The notes under the pieces were generated by a model. It was not told where the DNA came from and made no database searches. It saw only the letters and a list, made by a program, of their open reading frames with translations. A stretch of 53,159 bases of DNA, filler included, from Mitosporidium daphniae (Eukaryota): NCBI RefSeq assembly GCF_000760515.2. It is 3 parts of 3 records of this genome, joined end to end, with 100 filler letters (N's around TTAATTAATTAA, not from the genome) between each part and the next. Parts side by side here need not be neighbours in the genome. Positions count along the whole stretch, not along the records: positions 18,029 to 35,927 come from NW_013546123.1; 2 more parts are not named here. The stretch is one strand, 5' to 3'. The first letter of the stretch is position 1, and every line of letters starts with the position of its first letter. The translations under genes were made by a program, and so were the position numbers. This document shows positions 22,287-36,027 of this stretch, piece after piece.

Positions 22287-25200
22287 ATGATCTCCGGCCA
22301 CAACGTTTATTTACTTTTGCATGGCGAACTTGTTTCATTGTTGCATATTCTGAAAAAGAAATACAAATGGACCATGGTGAAGTCGAGCGATCTGATTGAA
22401 TCGAAGCCCCTGTTGAAGCTGGCCTTGAACTCGATTTCCACCGTTGACCAAAAGCTTCTGCAGTCCGATTTAAAGGTCAAAATGAGGGATCTCGTGTTGC
22501 CATTTCTCGAAGCTCTGACTCTTAAAGAGGTCTCTGCGTCTCTGACACGGCTGTCGCTTACCTCATTGGAGCGGTTTATCAATGCCGGCATTTTTTGCTC
22601 TTCAAGCAAGCTTGGAGACGAGTACATGCTTGAAGACTTAAACTCGTGCTTTCTGTATGTGATTCAGTCCATTGTCCGGTGTAAATTTGAATCCAGCGAC
22701 AGCGCCACGGACGAGTCCGTGCTTTTGCGCATCCTATCGATCCTGAACGGTGTGATGGACAACCCGATCTCCGATCATCTCTCGGATTCGGCAGTCTGTG
22801 AGCTATTGGAGACAATGTTTTCGATTTGCTTACAAACTCGTCTATCGGAGCCATTGCGGTCCCAGGCGGAAGGGCATCTTCATTCCGTCATCAGGAAGGT
22901 GTTCAAGAGAATTTGTCAAACGAAAAAGCTGAACACAAACGTTGAGCCGCTGTCGGATTTTCATGCAAGCAACAACACGTACAAAATCGCCAATGTTTTC
23001 TGCAATGAATCTGGCTCGACGGACTCGATTTCGGACGACAATGGCGAGTCTGTTAAATCGCACGAAAATTTTGTCGATTCTCCGGTCAACAAGGTGCACA
23101 TGGAGCCGTCCTTTATTCTCCAGGACGAATACGAGGTGCGGTTCAATTACAAAGAAAATGTATCCTATGGAATGGCTGCTGGATTTGAGATTTTAAAGTT
23201 TGTCAGCGATCTGATCCAGCCTTATGACCGTCAAATTTCAGACAAAATCAGGCTTTTTGGGCTGCGGCTTTTGCTTTCCATCATGGATGAGCTTGACAAC
23301 TACGAATTTTCGGTCCCGTTTGACGAAATCTTTTCTCTGATCGAAAACATCACTTGTAAATATTTGTTTCAGCTGCTGCACGTGGAAAATGCATCGCTGC
23401 TCAATTTTTCGTTGAAGCTTTTGCTGAAAATTTTCGAAACCTTCCAGCACCCGATTTTGGCCCATCTTGAGATGTTCATTTGCATTGTTATCGATATCTT
23501 GGCCAACAAGGACTTTCGATCGCTGCACTCGGAAAGGACCGATTTGTACTTTGAAAGCCTTTTTGAGGTTAGCATGTCATTTTAAATGCCAATTAGCTGA
23601 TCCACATACCCGGGGTTCTTGAAAGTCTGTTTGTTTTCATCGATTCCGACCCATCAAGAAATGCCAATCCCTGTGAGGATTTGCTAAAGTTTTTCATTGA
23701 AGTATGGTGTGGTCTGCTAATTGATAGATATTGCGCCCCGTTGAGGGACAAGCCAATTACAAGTTCGACAACTCCAGGATGTATGCTTTAGAAGCGATCC
23801 TGTATCTTGTTCGATACTTTTCACAGCGCGAAAATCTTGCTTCAACATCTCCGTGTGCGTCTCCCTATTTTCCCCAAGTGAATATATCGCCAGGGTTTTT
23901 GAGGAAGCAACGGGAGCGGAAATGGACCCTGTGCCAGGCCTCCGATCGATTCAATATAAGCACCAGTGATGGGATATCTTTTCTGCAAAGTACTGGCTTG
24001 CCCTTCCAATTATATAGGCAACCACGTATTGCATGCAAACGCAGCCCCAGAGGAGATTTGCGTCTTTCTTCGAGGATCCCCGGGGCTAAGTAAAAAGTCG
24101 ATTGGAGAGTATCTTTCCAAACCTTCAAACATTGCGATTTTAAAATCGTTCGTGGGCTCGTTCAACTTTCGGGGGCTCTCCATTGACGAGGCTCTACGCC
24201 GCCTGCTTGAAACGTTCCGCCTGCCAGGCGAATCCGCCCAAATTGAACGAATTATGGAGACCTTTTCGGACCATTATTTCAACTCCAATTGCTCGGATGG
24301 GTCTGAGCTGAAGTCTGCAGGTTCTGCCTTTGTGCTTTCCTACTCGATTACCATGCTCAATACGGACCAGCACAACCCGTCCGTCAAGCATCGAATGTCT
24401 TGCGAAGATTTTATCAAAAACAATCGAGGCAATAACAATGGGGATGACTTTTCGCCCTCCTTTCTGGTACACTTTTTCTTGTAAACATTTAGAGCCAAAT
24501 ATATGCCAACATCAAGGAGAAGGAGCTTCTGATGCCCGATGAGCAAGAAGGAGAGCTTAAATTTAATTATCGATGGAATGAGCTGCTCAAATCGTCGTTT
24601 GCCAAGCGTGGGCAGTATGGCAAGTTTTTGGTTCACACCTTTGACTATGACTTTGACATTGTTAACCTTTTTTCAGAGTCTCTGATATCTTGCATGGGAA
24701 GCGGTAAGCCTCTACACCTGCCAATGCTCTTTATTTATTTGTAGTTTTGGAGATCAATGTGCATCACAGCTACCAATTGAAGACATTCTCGCAAGCAATA
24801 TCGGTTCTTGAGGCCTTGTGCCATTGGGGCTCCCATCATGATGCGGCGTGTGTGCCAAAGCTGTTTGAAAAGGCCATTTTGCTGCTTCTGATTTACGATT
24901 CAAGCTTGCAAAGTTTTGTCACGGAGGCCCTTAAATCTCCGCTTTTGCCCTTGTCTTTAGTCGAAGATCGAATGGTCCCCATCCAAAATCAGATCAAGCT
25001 GCACACCAGTGGGCCCCTTTCTTCGTTGGATACGCGCAGAATCTTCATCGTTGTCAAATTTTTGCTCACATTGTGGACCAACTACACAACGCTGGTTCCC
25101 ACAAAGCTGATGCTCTTTTTCCTGGGCCAATTGTACATTTGTCGCAGATTGCCTCCCTCTTTCATGCTGATCGATGATTTTTGCCTTGGAAGACATTTGA

Positions 25201-27523
25201 TCTATTTTTCGAAAAAGTTTCTCGACCGAAAGGCACAGTCGATCCAACCATCCTCGCTGTTTTCTTCATGGGGCCTCTCCACAATATCTTCCTATTTGGC
25301 TCTTTCTGCTCAGGTGATATCTCCATTGGCATCTCCAGCGTCAACGCCTTCCACTGTTTTTCAGGACTCGCTGTTGATGGAGGGCATGTCTTCCATTCAG
25401 AACAACATTGTAGATCTGGCGATGATCAAGAAAAAGCTACCCGACCTGTACCCGGGGGCTGCTACGTCCTTCATTGAGGAGTCTTTTGGCTCGTACGTCG
25501 ATTTTGCCTCGTTTTTTGCAAAGCTTTCGCCTTCCTCGATCAATGACGAGTCGTTTCTTTCTTTCGTCAGAGAAGTGGTTTCTTTCATCTCGTTGTTACT
25601 TTGTGGAGAGCAGCACTTTAACATGGATGTCACTTCGTTCACCAAGAATGACACCAGGGTCTACATATACATGAAGGAGTTGGTTTCTTTTTACTGTGAA
25701 TTGCTGTTCCACGTGCTGCACATCAATGTGTCCAGGATGCACGTCATTTGGTACACCGTTTCCGGTCTCTCATGTTTAGGGACCAGTTTTTTGCCTTTTT
25801 GCAATCGATCCTATGCGCCACTCCAAACTCGATCAAGACGACCTCATTGTCATCACTTGCGCTATCCACATCGTCAAGCCCCAGCATCAGCGAGGTCAGT
25901 CTTATCCTTTCATCGTTCCGCTCTTTTTGTTGCGAACTGATCATCATCGTGACGCTGAAAGTCCTGATGGATCTAACGATGGTAACGCCACATGCTTTGC
26001 TTATTTACCAGGAATCAAATGCTGCGTGTGTTGGGCTAAAGACCGAGCTGTTTGGCTTGATTTCTTGCCTCGATTTGCGAGTGTTCGAGTGCGTGGCGGT
26101 TCAGTTGTTTTCGGGCTTTCTAAAGCTATGCAATTGCGGGCCATTTTTCAACAAAAATTTGGAGCAATTTGGTCACGTTTGCTCCATACTGGAGAAGGGG
26201 CTGTCCCATGCGCCCTCGGTCTCGCCTACCTTCCAACTTATCACAAGCATCATCAGCGAGGATTATTTCCAGCTCCTTGCCAGCGACAATGCGCAGGAGG
26301 ATGGCCAGTTTTGCAATTTTTATTTTTCCTCCCTGACAAAGCTGCTGTTTTTCTTTCTTCATTCTAGGGGTCTGAAAGAGGAAGATATACCCCCCGAATA
26401 CACATACCAATCTTACAACCTTTTGTTCAAGCTTTTCCACATGTTCTGCTTGCGAAACAATTACGAAATTGCGAGCTTCCATGCTTCGATATCGTCGTTC
26501 TTGGACCAGTTGGTATCTCTTGCCGCCTCAGATGACGTGTTGCTTTCTTCAAAACAAAATGCACTGTCCACATTTCAGAAAGCAATTCTCATCAACGGGT
26601 TACTTGATCGGGCCTCGATCCACGACACTTGCCAGTTGTTTTCTCTCGTTTTATTTCCACTGTTAAGGAGCATCTCCAAATGCGACGGAGAAAAAAAACA
26701 ACCGGACGAGGAGGAGATCCCATTTAGAATCTTTTCCATCATTTCAAAGCTCGTTCTTCAATGCATTCCCCTTTTGCAAAAGCGCGACTCGGAGTTTGTG
26801 CCCCAATGGCAGGAATATTTGAGGCTGCTGTGTGAACAGTATACCTTGAAAGATATCGTCATCGAGGACGAGGCTAGCTCCTCATTTATCATAAGAGAGG
26901 CCATTCTGGAGCTTCTAAAGAATTTGCTGTTGATTTTAAAGGCCGCAATAGATGATACCAACGTCGAAACAGAGTGGGCCAAATTTATCTGGGAGGACAC
27001 TTGGCATGTGATAGGCCAGGTGCTGCCAAATCTTCGCTCGGATTTGGGCGTCATTAGCGAGATCGGGTCGCCAAAATTCGAGCATGTTAAGGAGGAAAAC
27101 GCGGAAAACGCGGAAAAGGATGAACTTGCGGAAAAAGATGAACTTGCGGAAAAGGATGAACTTGCGGAAAAAGATGAACTTGCGTCGTGTGGGGAACAGG
27201 AAAATCAACACATGTCTTGTCCAGAAAAGGAAAATCAACATCCGCCTGGTCTCGAACAGGGAAATCAAGATACGTCTTGCCGGGAACAAGAGAGTGAACA
27301 TCAGGCCGATCAGGAGAAAAATAACGAGCATCAGACCCAGCCGTCCACGGAAGCCAAGGAATTGTCTAACATCGAATCCATGGCGACACTAGTCCCCGAA
27401 TATAGAGGAAAAACCCCCTCAGAAGAAACCCCAATAATTGTGGGGCATTCGGTTCCTACTGAGATGACAGTCATTGAATGTGAAGAGTCGAATAGTCTTC
27501 AATCAAGTAGCACTGCGCTGTAA
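22287..27523 (+). CDS. Large Sec7-domain ARF guanine-nucleotide exchange factor, Gea/GBF1 type, multi-intron
   Basis: N-terminal CKFESSDSATDESVLLRIL and RLSEPLRSQAE; Sec7 FRLPGESAQIERIMETF and FVLSYSITMLNTDQHNP; MPDEQEG; C-terminal EAILELLKNLLLIL..IWEDTW. Confidence 0.9.
27110..27334 (+). repeat. Coding tandem repeats in the GEF tail: 4 x 18 bp (AEKDEL) then 5 x 30 bp degenerate (SCxEQENQHx)
   Basis: gcggaaaaRgatgaactt x4 at 27110-27181; SCGEQENQHM/SCPEKENQHP/PGLEQGNQDT/SCREQESEHQ/ADQEKNNEHQ at 27185-27334. Confidence 0.9.
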
Positions 27524-27583
27524 GGGAATAAATTGCAAATTGTAGTTTTAATTACAAATTAATTGAAGCATCTCGAGTTTGCA

Positions 27584-30487
<2,904 letters not shown>

Positions 30488-30500
30488 AGAAACTCAAACG

Positions 30501-30560
30501 TGGCAACTTATGTGTACGTGTGGCAACTTATGTGTACGTGTGGCAACTTATGTGTACGTG
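30501..30560. repeat. Three exact 20-bp tandem repeats TGGCAACTTATGTGTACGTG
   Basis: Read directly; no spacers. Confidence 0.95.
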
Positions 30561-30676
30561 TGACTGCAATCTTTTTTCATACGCTGCCACAAACGGACCC
30601 TCTTTATTAGCTAAACTTTGCACGCAAGAATGTAAAAATCGTGTGTTTAATCTCGGCGATGGATTTTCTACCAATC

Positions 30677-30717
30677 GCAAGAGGTGGCTGCAAAAGGTGG
30701 TTGCAAGAGGTGGTTGC
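30677..30717. repeat. Three 13-bp tandem repeats GCAARAGGTGGYT upstream of the subtilase ATG
   Basis: gcaagaggtggct / gcaaaaggtggtt / gcaagaggtggtt. Confidence 0.85.
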
Positions 30718-30748
30718 TAGGTAAAGATGGGCAATATTTTTTTGGAAA

Positions 30749-32536
30749 ATGAAGCTTGTCGCTGCTCTCGGGCTTTTGCTGCTTGTGAAAGATGTTGTGA
30801 ATGGAGTCAAGATCGATCCCGCGCTGATGCCAATCCTGGAGCCGTTCCCGCTGACATTAAGATCAGAAATAGCGGAAACATACTATCCGATATTGATCAC
30901 CTTTGTCGAGAATGTATCAATAAAAGAAAAGCTTTTTGTAAGCAGGGCGGAGCAGGCCATCGAAATATATCCCATGCTGCGCGATCAAAATGAGCACGCC
31001 ATTGTAGGTGTTATAAATCCCAGCGTTTTCATTGCTTGTTGATTTTGTTTTTACCATTCATGATGTTGACCTTTTCTTACATCCAGCAAAACTTGGAGCG
31101 TGAAATGGCCGAAATCAAGCATTGGGAGCCTGTTCGAGCATATGCCGTTTCCAACTCGTGGCTCATCAAGGGGACGAAAGAGGTCATCAAATATTTGGCC
31201 TCGAAACAGGGCGTCATTGCCGAGATACACTGGGACAGGCCCTTCAAAGTGCCGCAGCATGTGGTGAAAGAGCAGGTGCCGATGGAGGGCAGCCATGCGG
31301 GGCTTCAGGCTGACCAAAAGATCGAGGCATTCTTGTTACACGAGAAAAATAGAAAAATGGAAGAAGATGCAATCTCAGAGTGGAATATCCGCTACATGGG
31401 CGCATCTGACACTTGGGACATCACCACAGGCACAGATATGATCTATGCAAGTGCTGACACCGGTGTAGAGTGGACACATCCTATCCTTGCTCCGCGATAT
31501 GTAGCCAATCTGTGGTATCCACAAGGCCCCATCAGACACGATTATGCCTGGTGGGATGGCATCCGATCTGAGGGCACTTTCAAAGCATTGCAGGTCGAAA
31601 ATGGCGCAGGCATGCGTGGAAAACAGCTGGAAAACAACAAAAAGTCGTTTGGATGCCCGCCAAATGGAAAAGAGCCGTGCGATGATTGTGGACACGGCAC
31701 TCATACCACATCTACAGCAGTCGGTAAGCAATCCCAAATATTTTCTTCAGGCACCGGAGGCTACGGCGTTGCCCCCGGCGCATATTGGATGGCATGCCGC
31801 AACATGGACAATGGTGTGGGATCGACTTCTACCTATCTCAACTGCCTTGAATTCTTCCTAGCGCCCACGGATTTGGAGGTACAGCAGCAATCGAATTTGG
31901 CAATAGGGCAACAATCCGGATCCCAGCAAGCGACCACATGTGATTGGAAACTCGTATGGCTGTCCTCAGGAAACGGAAGGATGCGCTAGCTGGGCTTTCA
32001 ATAAAGCCATTTCTGCGCTCAGAGCGGCCGGCATCGTAATGGTGGCTTCTGCAGGCAATACTGGCCCCAAATGCGGGTCCATTAGTGCCCCGCCTTCATA
32101 TGAGCCGGAAGTGATCTCAGTCGGGGCTACCCAATACTATTCAGACGAGATTGCGCCCTTTTCGTCGCGCGGGCTGCCTGCCATCTATTTACGCATGTCG
32201 TCGTCGATGCATCGGTTCAAGCCAGATATTGTGGCACCGGGTGTAGTCATCAGAGGCGCATACAAAAACGGGTCGTATATGACGCTAAGCGGAACTTCAA
32301 TGGCTGCCCCGCATGTTGCCGGAGCTATTTTACTGATCTCGGCAGCCTGCCCGCATCTTGCAAGAAATGTGATCGAAATCGAGAAGCTAATTTTGAGAAC
32401 GACCAAAAAACTATATGTCACCTGCAAGGACATGCTATGTGGAAGTGAAGCGATTGGACAGCATCCAAACAGCATTTACGGGCATGGAATCTTGTCTGTA
32501 GAGCATGCCGTCCAAGCCTGCCTTTCCTTGGATTAG
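30749..32536 (+). CDS. Secreted S8 subtilisin-like serine protease resembling the bacillopeptidase F-like group; introns about 31004-31086, 31724-31750, 31879-31906
   Basis: Signal peptide, prodomain, catalytic ADTGVEWTHP, DDCGHGTHT, ASAGNTG, SGTSMAAPHVAG; HDYAWWD, GVAPGAYWMACR, APTDLEGNNPDPSKRPHVIGNSYG. Confidence 0.9.
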
Positions 32537-32670
32537 CATAAAAAGACGCATAATTAGCGGTACACCAATTTCGCGTAAACTTTCTCATAAAATTTCACCG
32601 CAATTTAGGGTTAAACGCTGCAACTTGGAGTTTAATTTTCAAATTACCTGTCCGATTTTTGAATTTCCAA

Positions 32671-33153
32671 ATGAATGCAACCATTTCGAGGCGGAGCTTC
32701 ACCTCGCCCATGTTACGCCTCACTAGGCGACAGCAATTTGGATACCATAAAAATGTCATCGACCACTATGAACAGCCGAGAAACGTAGGCTCGCTTGAGA
32801 AGGACGATCCAAATGTCGGCACAGGCCTTGTTGGTGCTCCAGCCTGCGGCGATGTAATGAAGCTGCAAATAAAGGTGGACGAGCTGAGCGGACGCATAAC
32901 GGATGTCAAGTTCAAGACTTTTGGATGCGGCTCCGCCATCGCTTCGTCCTCTCTTGCAACCGAGCTTATCAAGGGACAGCGTCTAGATGACGCTGTCAAG
33001 ATCAAGAATACCGACATTGCACGAGAGCTCTCGCTTCCACCGGTAAAGCTGCATTGTTCCATGCTTGCTGAGGACGCAATACGAACTGCCGTGGAGGATT
33101 ACCGCAGAAAAAAGGCGACCTCTTGCTGCCAACCCGATACCATCAATAAATAG
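32671..33153 (+). CDS. ISU1: Mitochondrial Fe-S cluster scaffold Isu1/IscU with Arg-rich presequence
   Basis: YHKNVIDHYEQPRNVGS, GAPACGDVMKLQI, FKTFGCGSAIASSS, LPPVKLHCSMLAEDAI. Confidence 0.97.
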   Translation: MNATISRRSFTSPMLRLTRRQQFGYHKNVIDHYEQPRNVGSLEKDDPNVGTGLVGAPACGDVMKLQIKVDELSGRITDVKFKTFGCGSAIASSSLATELIKGQRLDDAVKIKNTDIARELSLPPVKLHCSMLAEDAIRTAVEDYRRKKATSCCQPDTINK

Positions 33154-33244
33154 CCTGTAGAGACACTCAAAATGTATCGTGTTGCACGTCGGCCCCTTTG
33201 AAATGAATAAATTTAAACTTTCAACCCTACCTGTACCCCACCGC

Positions 33245-33769
33245 ATGATTGTTGTAGCAGCTGTTCTCTTGGCATTATGTTTCCGGCTCTTGTTTTCCTC
33301 GCAATTCGTTTCGCATATCTGTGCGTTTGAGAGGCCAATGCCTGCCCATTTGTCTGAGATGCAAAAGGAGCTTGAAAGCGAGTACATCGCCTTGCGAAGT
33401 GTTAGCGCCATGGTAGACCAATTGCCAACTTTACCGATTCGTAGGATGAGTTTGCACGATGGGCAAGATTAAAGCGACGTTGCTCCACACTTCAACAGCA
33501 GTTGGATTTTTGCAGTAGGGCTGATAATATATTTGTTAGGACGCGAACATGACGCAAGGCGATCGAGGAGAAAAGGCTGGCTCAAAATATCCATCTCTGT
33601 GCTTGGCTGGGTCATCCAAATGCTTGCCATTGCAATGGTTTCGGTCAAGCCAGTCCCACTCTGCGGAGCTATTGCGGACTTTACGAAGCTCTCGCTGTTG
33701 ATTGGGAACCGCTCTACCTTGCCATGGTCCGCAATCTACATGCTTGCCAGCGGATTATGGAGTCTCTGA
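33245..33769 (+). CDS. GET1: Get1/WRB tail-anchored protein insertase; introns 33413-33444, 33515-33539 (alternative ATG at 33203)
   Basis: Splicing gives N-terminal TM, coiled coil with SAMDEFARWARLKR (Get1/CHD5 signature), then C-terminal hydrophobic segments. Confidence 0.8.
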
Positions 33770-33863
33770 CGCACTTGTTTATATTAAACGGCCCTATTGA
33801 TATTTTCTCCAAATGCCAGTGGCTTTATATTAAACGCATCGCTGGCAAGTCATTGCTTCTACA

Positions 33864-35729
33864 TTAAATAATTTCAAATCCATCGTCCTCGCTATCAACG
33901 GCCTTTTCATCTTCCTCCCAACAACGTCTCCGTTTATTCGAGCTTGAAAGAGCAAGCACTGTAGCGATGTATGGCTGAAAGACATCATCAGGCTGGTCTA
34001 TAACACAATTGAGATAAATCCGGGCCTTGGACAGCTTCTCTTCCTCCGGAATGAGGAAGAGCAAGGCACCCGCTTTAAGACCTATGGAAAGAAAATCAAG
34101 CACCATACTGAGCTCGTCCAGCGTTTTTTCAGTTAAGGATTGAAAATCTGGGTCGTAAATGGTTCTCGAACCTACAATAGTCGAGGAAAACCAAACAAAC
34201 CATCGAGAATCGTGAAGGTTTCCTCTGGATAAAGATGCTCTTCAATCAGGGAGATCACCGTTGCCAACTTGGTAGAAATCGCCGATCCAACATTCAAAAT
34301 AAACAGTCCAATTCCACACACTTCACATTCTGGGTTAGGGGGCTGGATTCGTTCACATAGGAACAAACTTCCAGGGCCCTTGCGCCACGGCGCATAATAG
34401 ACTGTTGGTAACAGGGCCGTGGATCTTTCGCTACCTCCAGAAATATATCCACTATTCATCATGTGGATCAGCTGTAGTGTGGCAAGCCCTGCTGCAACCG
34501 CATTTGTAGATATTACGGCTGGCACAATTCGGCCAGTAATTGCTACTCAATTAGTAAATGAAAAGCATGTTTGAGAGGAAACAAAAATTGCCACAGAAAT
34601 CAATGGCCAGGCAAAAACAACACGTCAAGACATACGTACCTCGAACAGAAAAGCGAGATTGCATGGAAATGCCGAAAACATGAGCCCTAATGCATGCTGC
34701 GGCGTGTATCAATGCAATGGAGTCATGATCATCTTTGTCGAACGCAAGTGGGCGAATTGAAATTAACTTTTCAATGTAAAAACACATGATTCCCAGAAGA
34801 TCATCAATGGGAATCTCCTCTGCATACTCACTGATCGCTGAAAAGGGAAAATTCGATCTTTCAAAAGATTGCAAAGCAAGTGGAGAGGGTGGCAATCTGT
34901 TCGACCAAAGGCTCTCCATTGCGACGAGAGCAACAATGTCTGTGTGAAAGATTCGAAGAAGAAGGTCTTTTAGAGACGAGGGAGAATGTACGTACCGTGC
35001 CAAGTAACTTTCTAGATCATCTCCAGAGGAAGAATCGTCTTTTTTGGCGCCAGAATTTTTTGCTTCAGCCATTAATTCGCCATTTCGAGGTAAATGCCCT
35101 GATTCTCCTTCACTTCCATCTTGATCGACATGCTTCGATTCTGGAGGCATATATATGGTGCAGAAAAGAGAATTGAAGAGAATCTCTTTGGCCCAAATCA
35201 CGCAATGGGTGAATGTTGTTGGCGTTTGTCGGATCGTGCACACCGGAATGGGTGCGTCTGATGATGGGATCGACTTCGGAACACAATTAAAGCACTCAAT
35301 TGGCTGGATCTTTCTATCACCACATAAAGTGGTCACCTGGCCTTCAATACCAGCAGTACCTACATCAATAAGCATTTTTCCTGCAAGAAGACACATAAGC
35401 GAAATTCTAGATCGCGCCTCAATATTATCCAACGCATTGATGACGATCGTCATCGAGCTGAAAAGTGTTAATGGCAGCGAGAATACATTGGCAACCCAGG
35501 GTTTGATCAATCCTCGTAAGGAGGGTGAAAATGACTCCATTATCATTGCAGCCACAGTCGCTTTTGGTTGGCCGATGTGTTCCTTCCTGAAAAGGAATTG
35601 GCGGTGGAGATTAGTAACCTCAATGGTATCCATATCAACCAGGTCGATGCTTTCAAGCAAAGGTAGCGAGCTGAAGACCTTCAGAAGCTCACATCCAATT
35701 CCGCCAGCACCCAAGAGAAGAATTTTCAT
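33864..35729 (-). CDS. UBA2: SUMO-activating enzyme E1 subunit Uba2/SAE2
   Basis: LLGAGGIGCELLK, DMDTIEVTNLHRQFLFR, NALDNIEAR, catalytic PVCTIRQTP..HCVIWAK, FDKDD, GRIVPAVISTNAVAAG (after the 97-nt intron 34639-34543), PNPECEVC. Confidence 0.9.
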
Positions 35730-35801
35730 GTTTTGGTTGGACCTAAATTCAGCCACAAAGCTATCAACTAATTAATGAATTAATTTCAAATTCCAATATG
35801 A

Positions 35802-35927
35802 CGAGTCTAAACGTTCCCAGTGCATATTGATTTCGCTGAAAAGCCTCCTGTATGAAAAAAGCAACTCGCTGGTTGGGATATACAAGTCCGATTGTCTTGC
35901 CCAGCTCAGCTCTAGAGTGTTGACCCT
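35802..35927 (+). repeat. Inverted duplicate of the SMC1 3' coding end (gene fragment)
   Basis: 35802-35921 is the reverse complement of 18029-18148 with one mismatch (35863); it continues as VLTL to the gap. Confidence 0.92.
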
Positions 35928-36027
35928 NNNNNNNNNNNNNNNNNNNNNNNNNNNNNNNNNNNNNNNNNNNNTTAATTAATTAANNNNNNNNNNNNNNNNN
36001 NNNNNNNNNNNNNNNNNNNNNNNNNNN
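35928..36027. other. Artificial contig linker N44-TTAATTAATTAA-N44
   Basis: Exactly 100 nt, stop cassette at 35972-35983. Confidence 0.97.

Noticed and set aside
27110..27184. KDEL ER-retention signals in the GEF
   Set aside because: Internal repeats in a cytosolic protein, not C-terminal
30501..30560. CRISPR-like array
   Set aside because: Units are head-to-tail with no spacers, no cas genes, and the genome is eukaryotic
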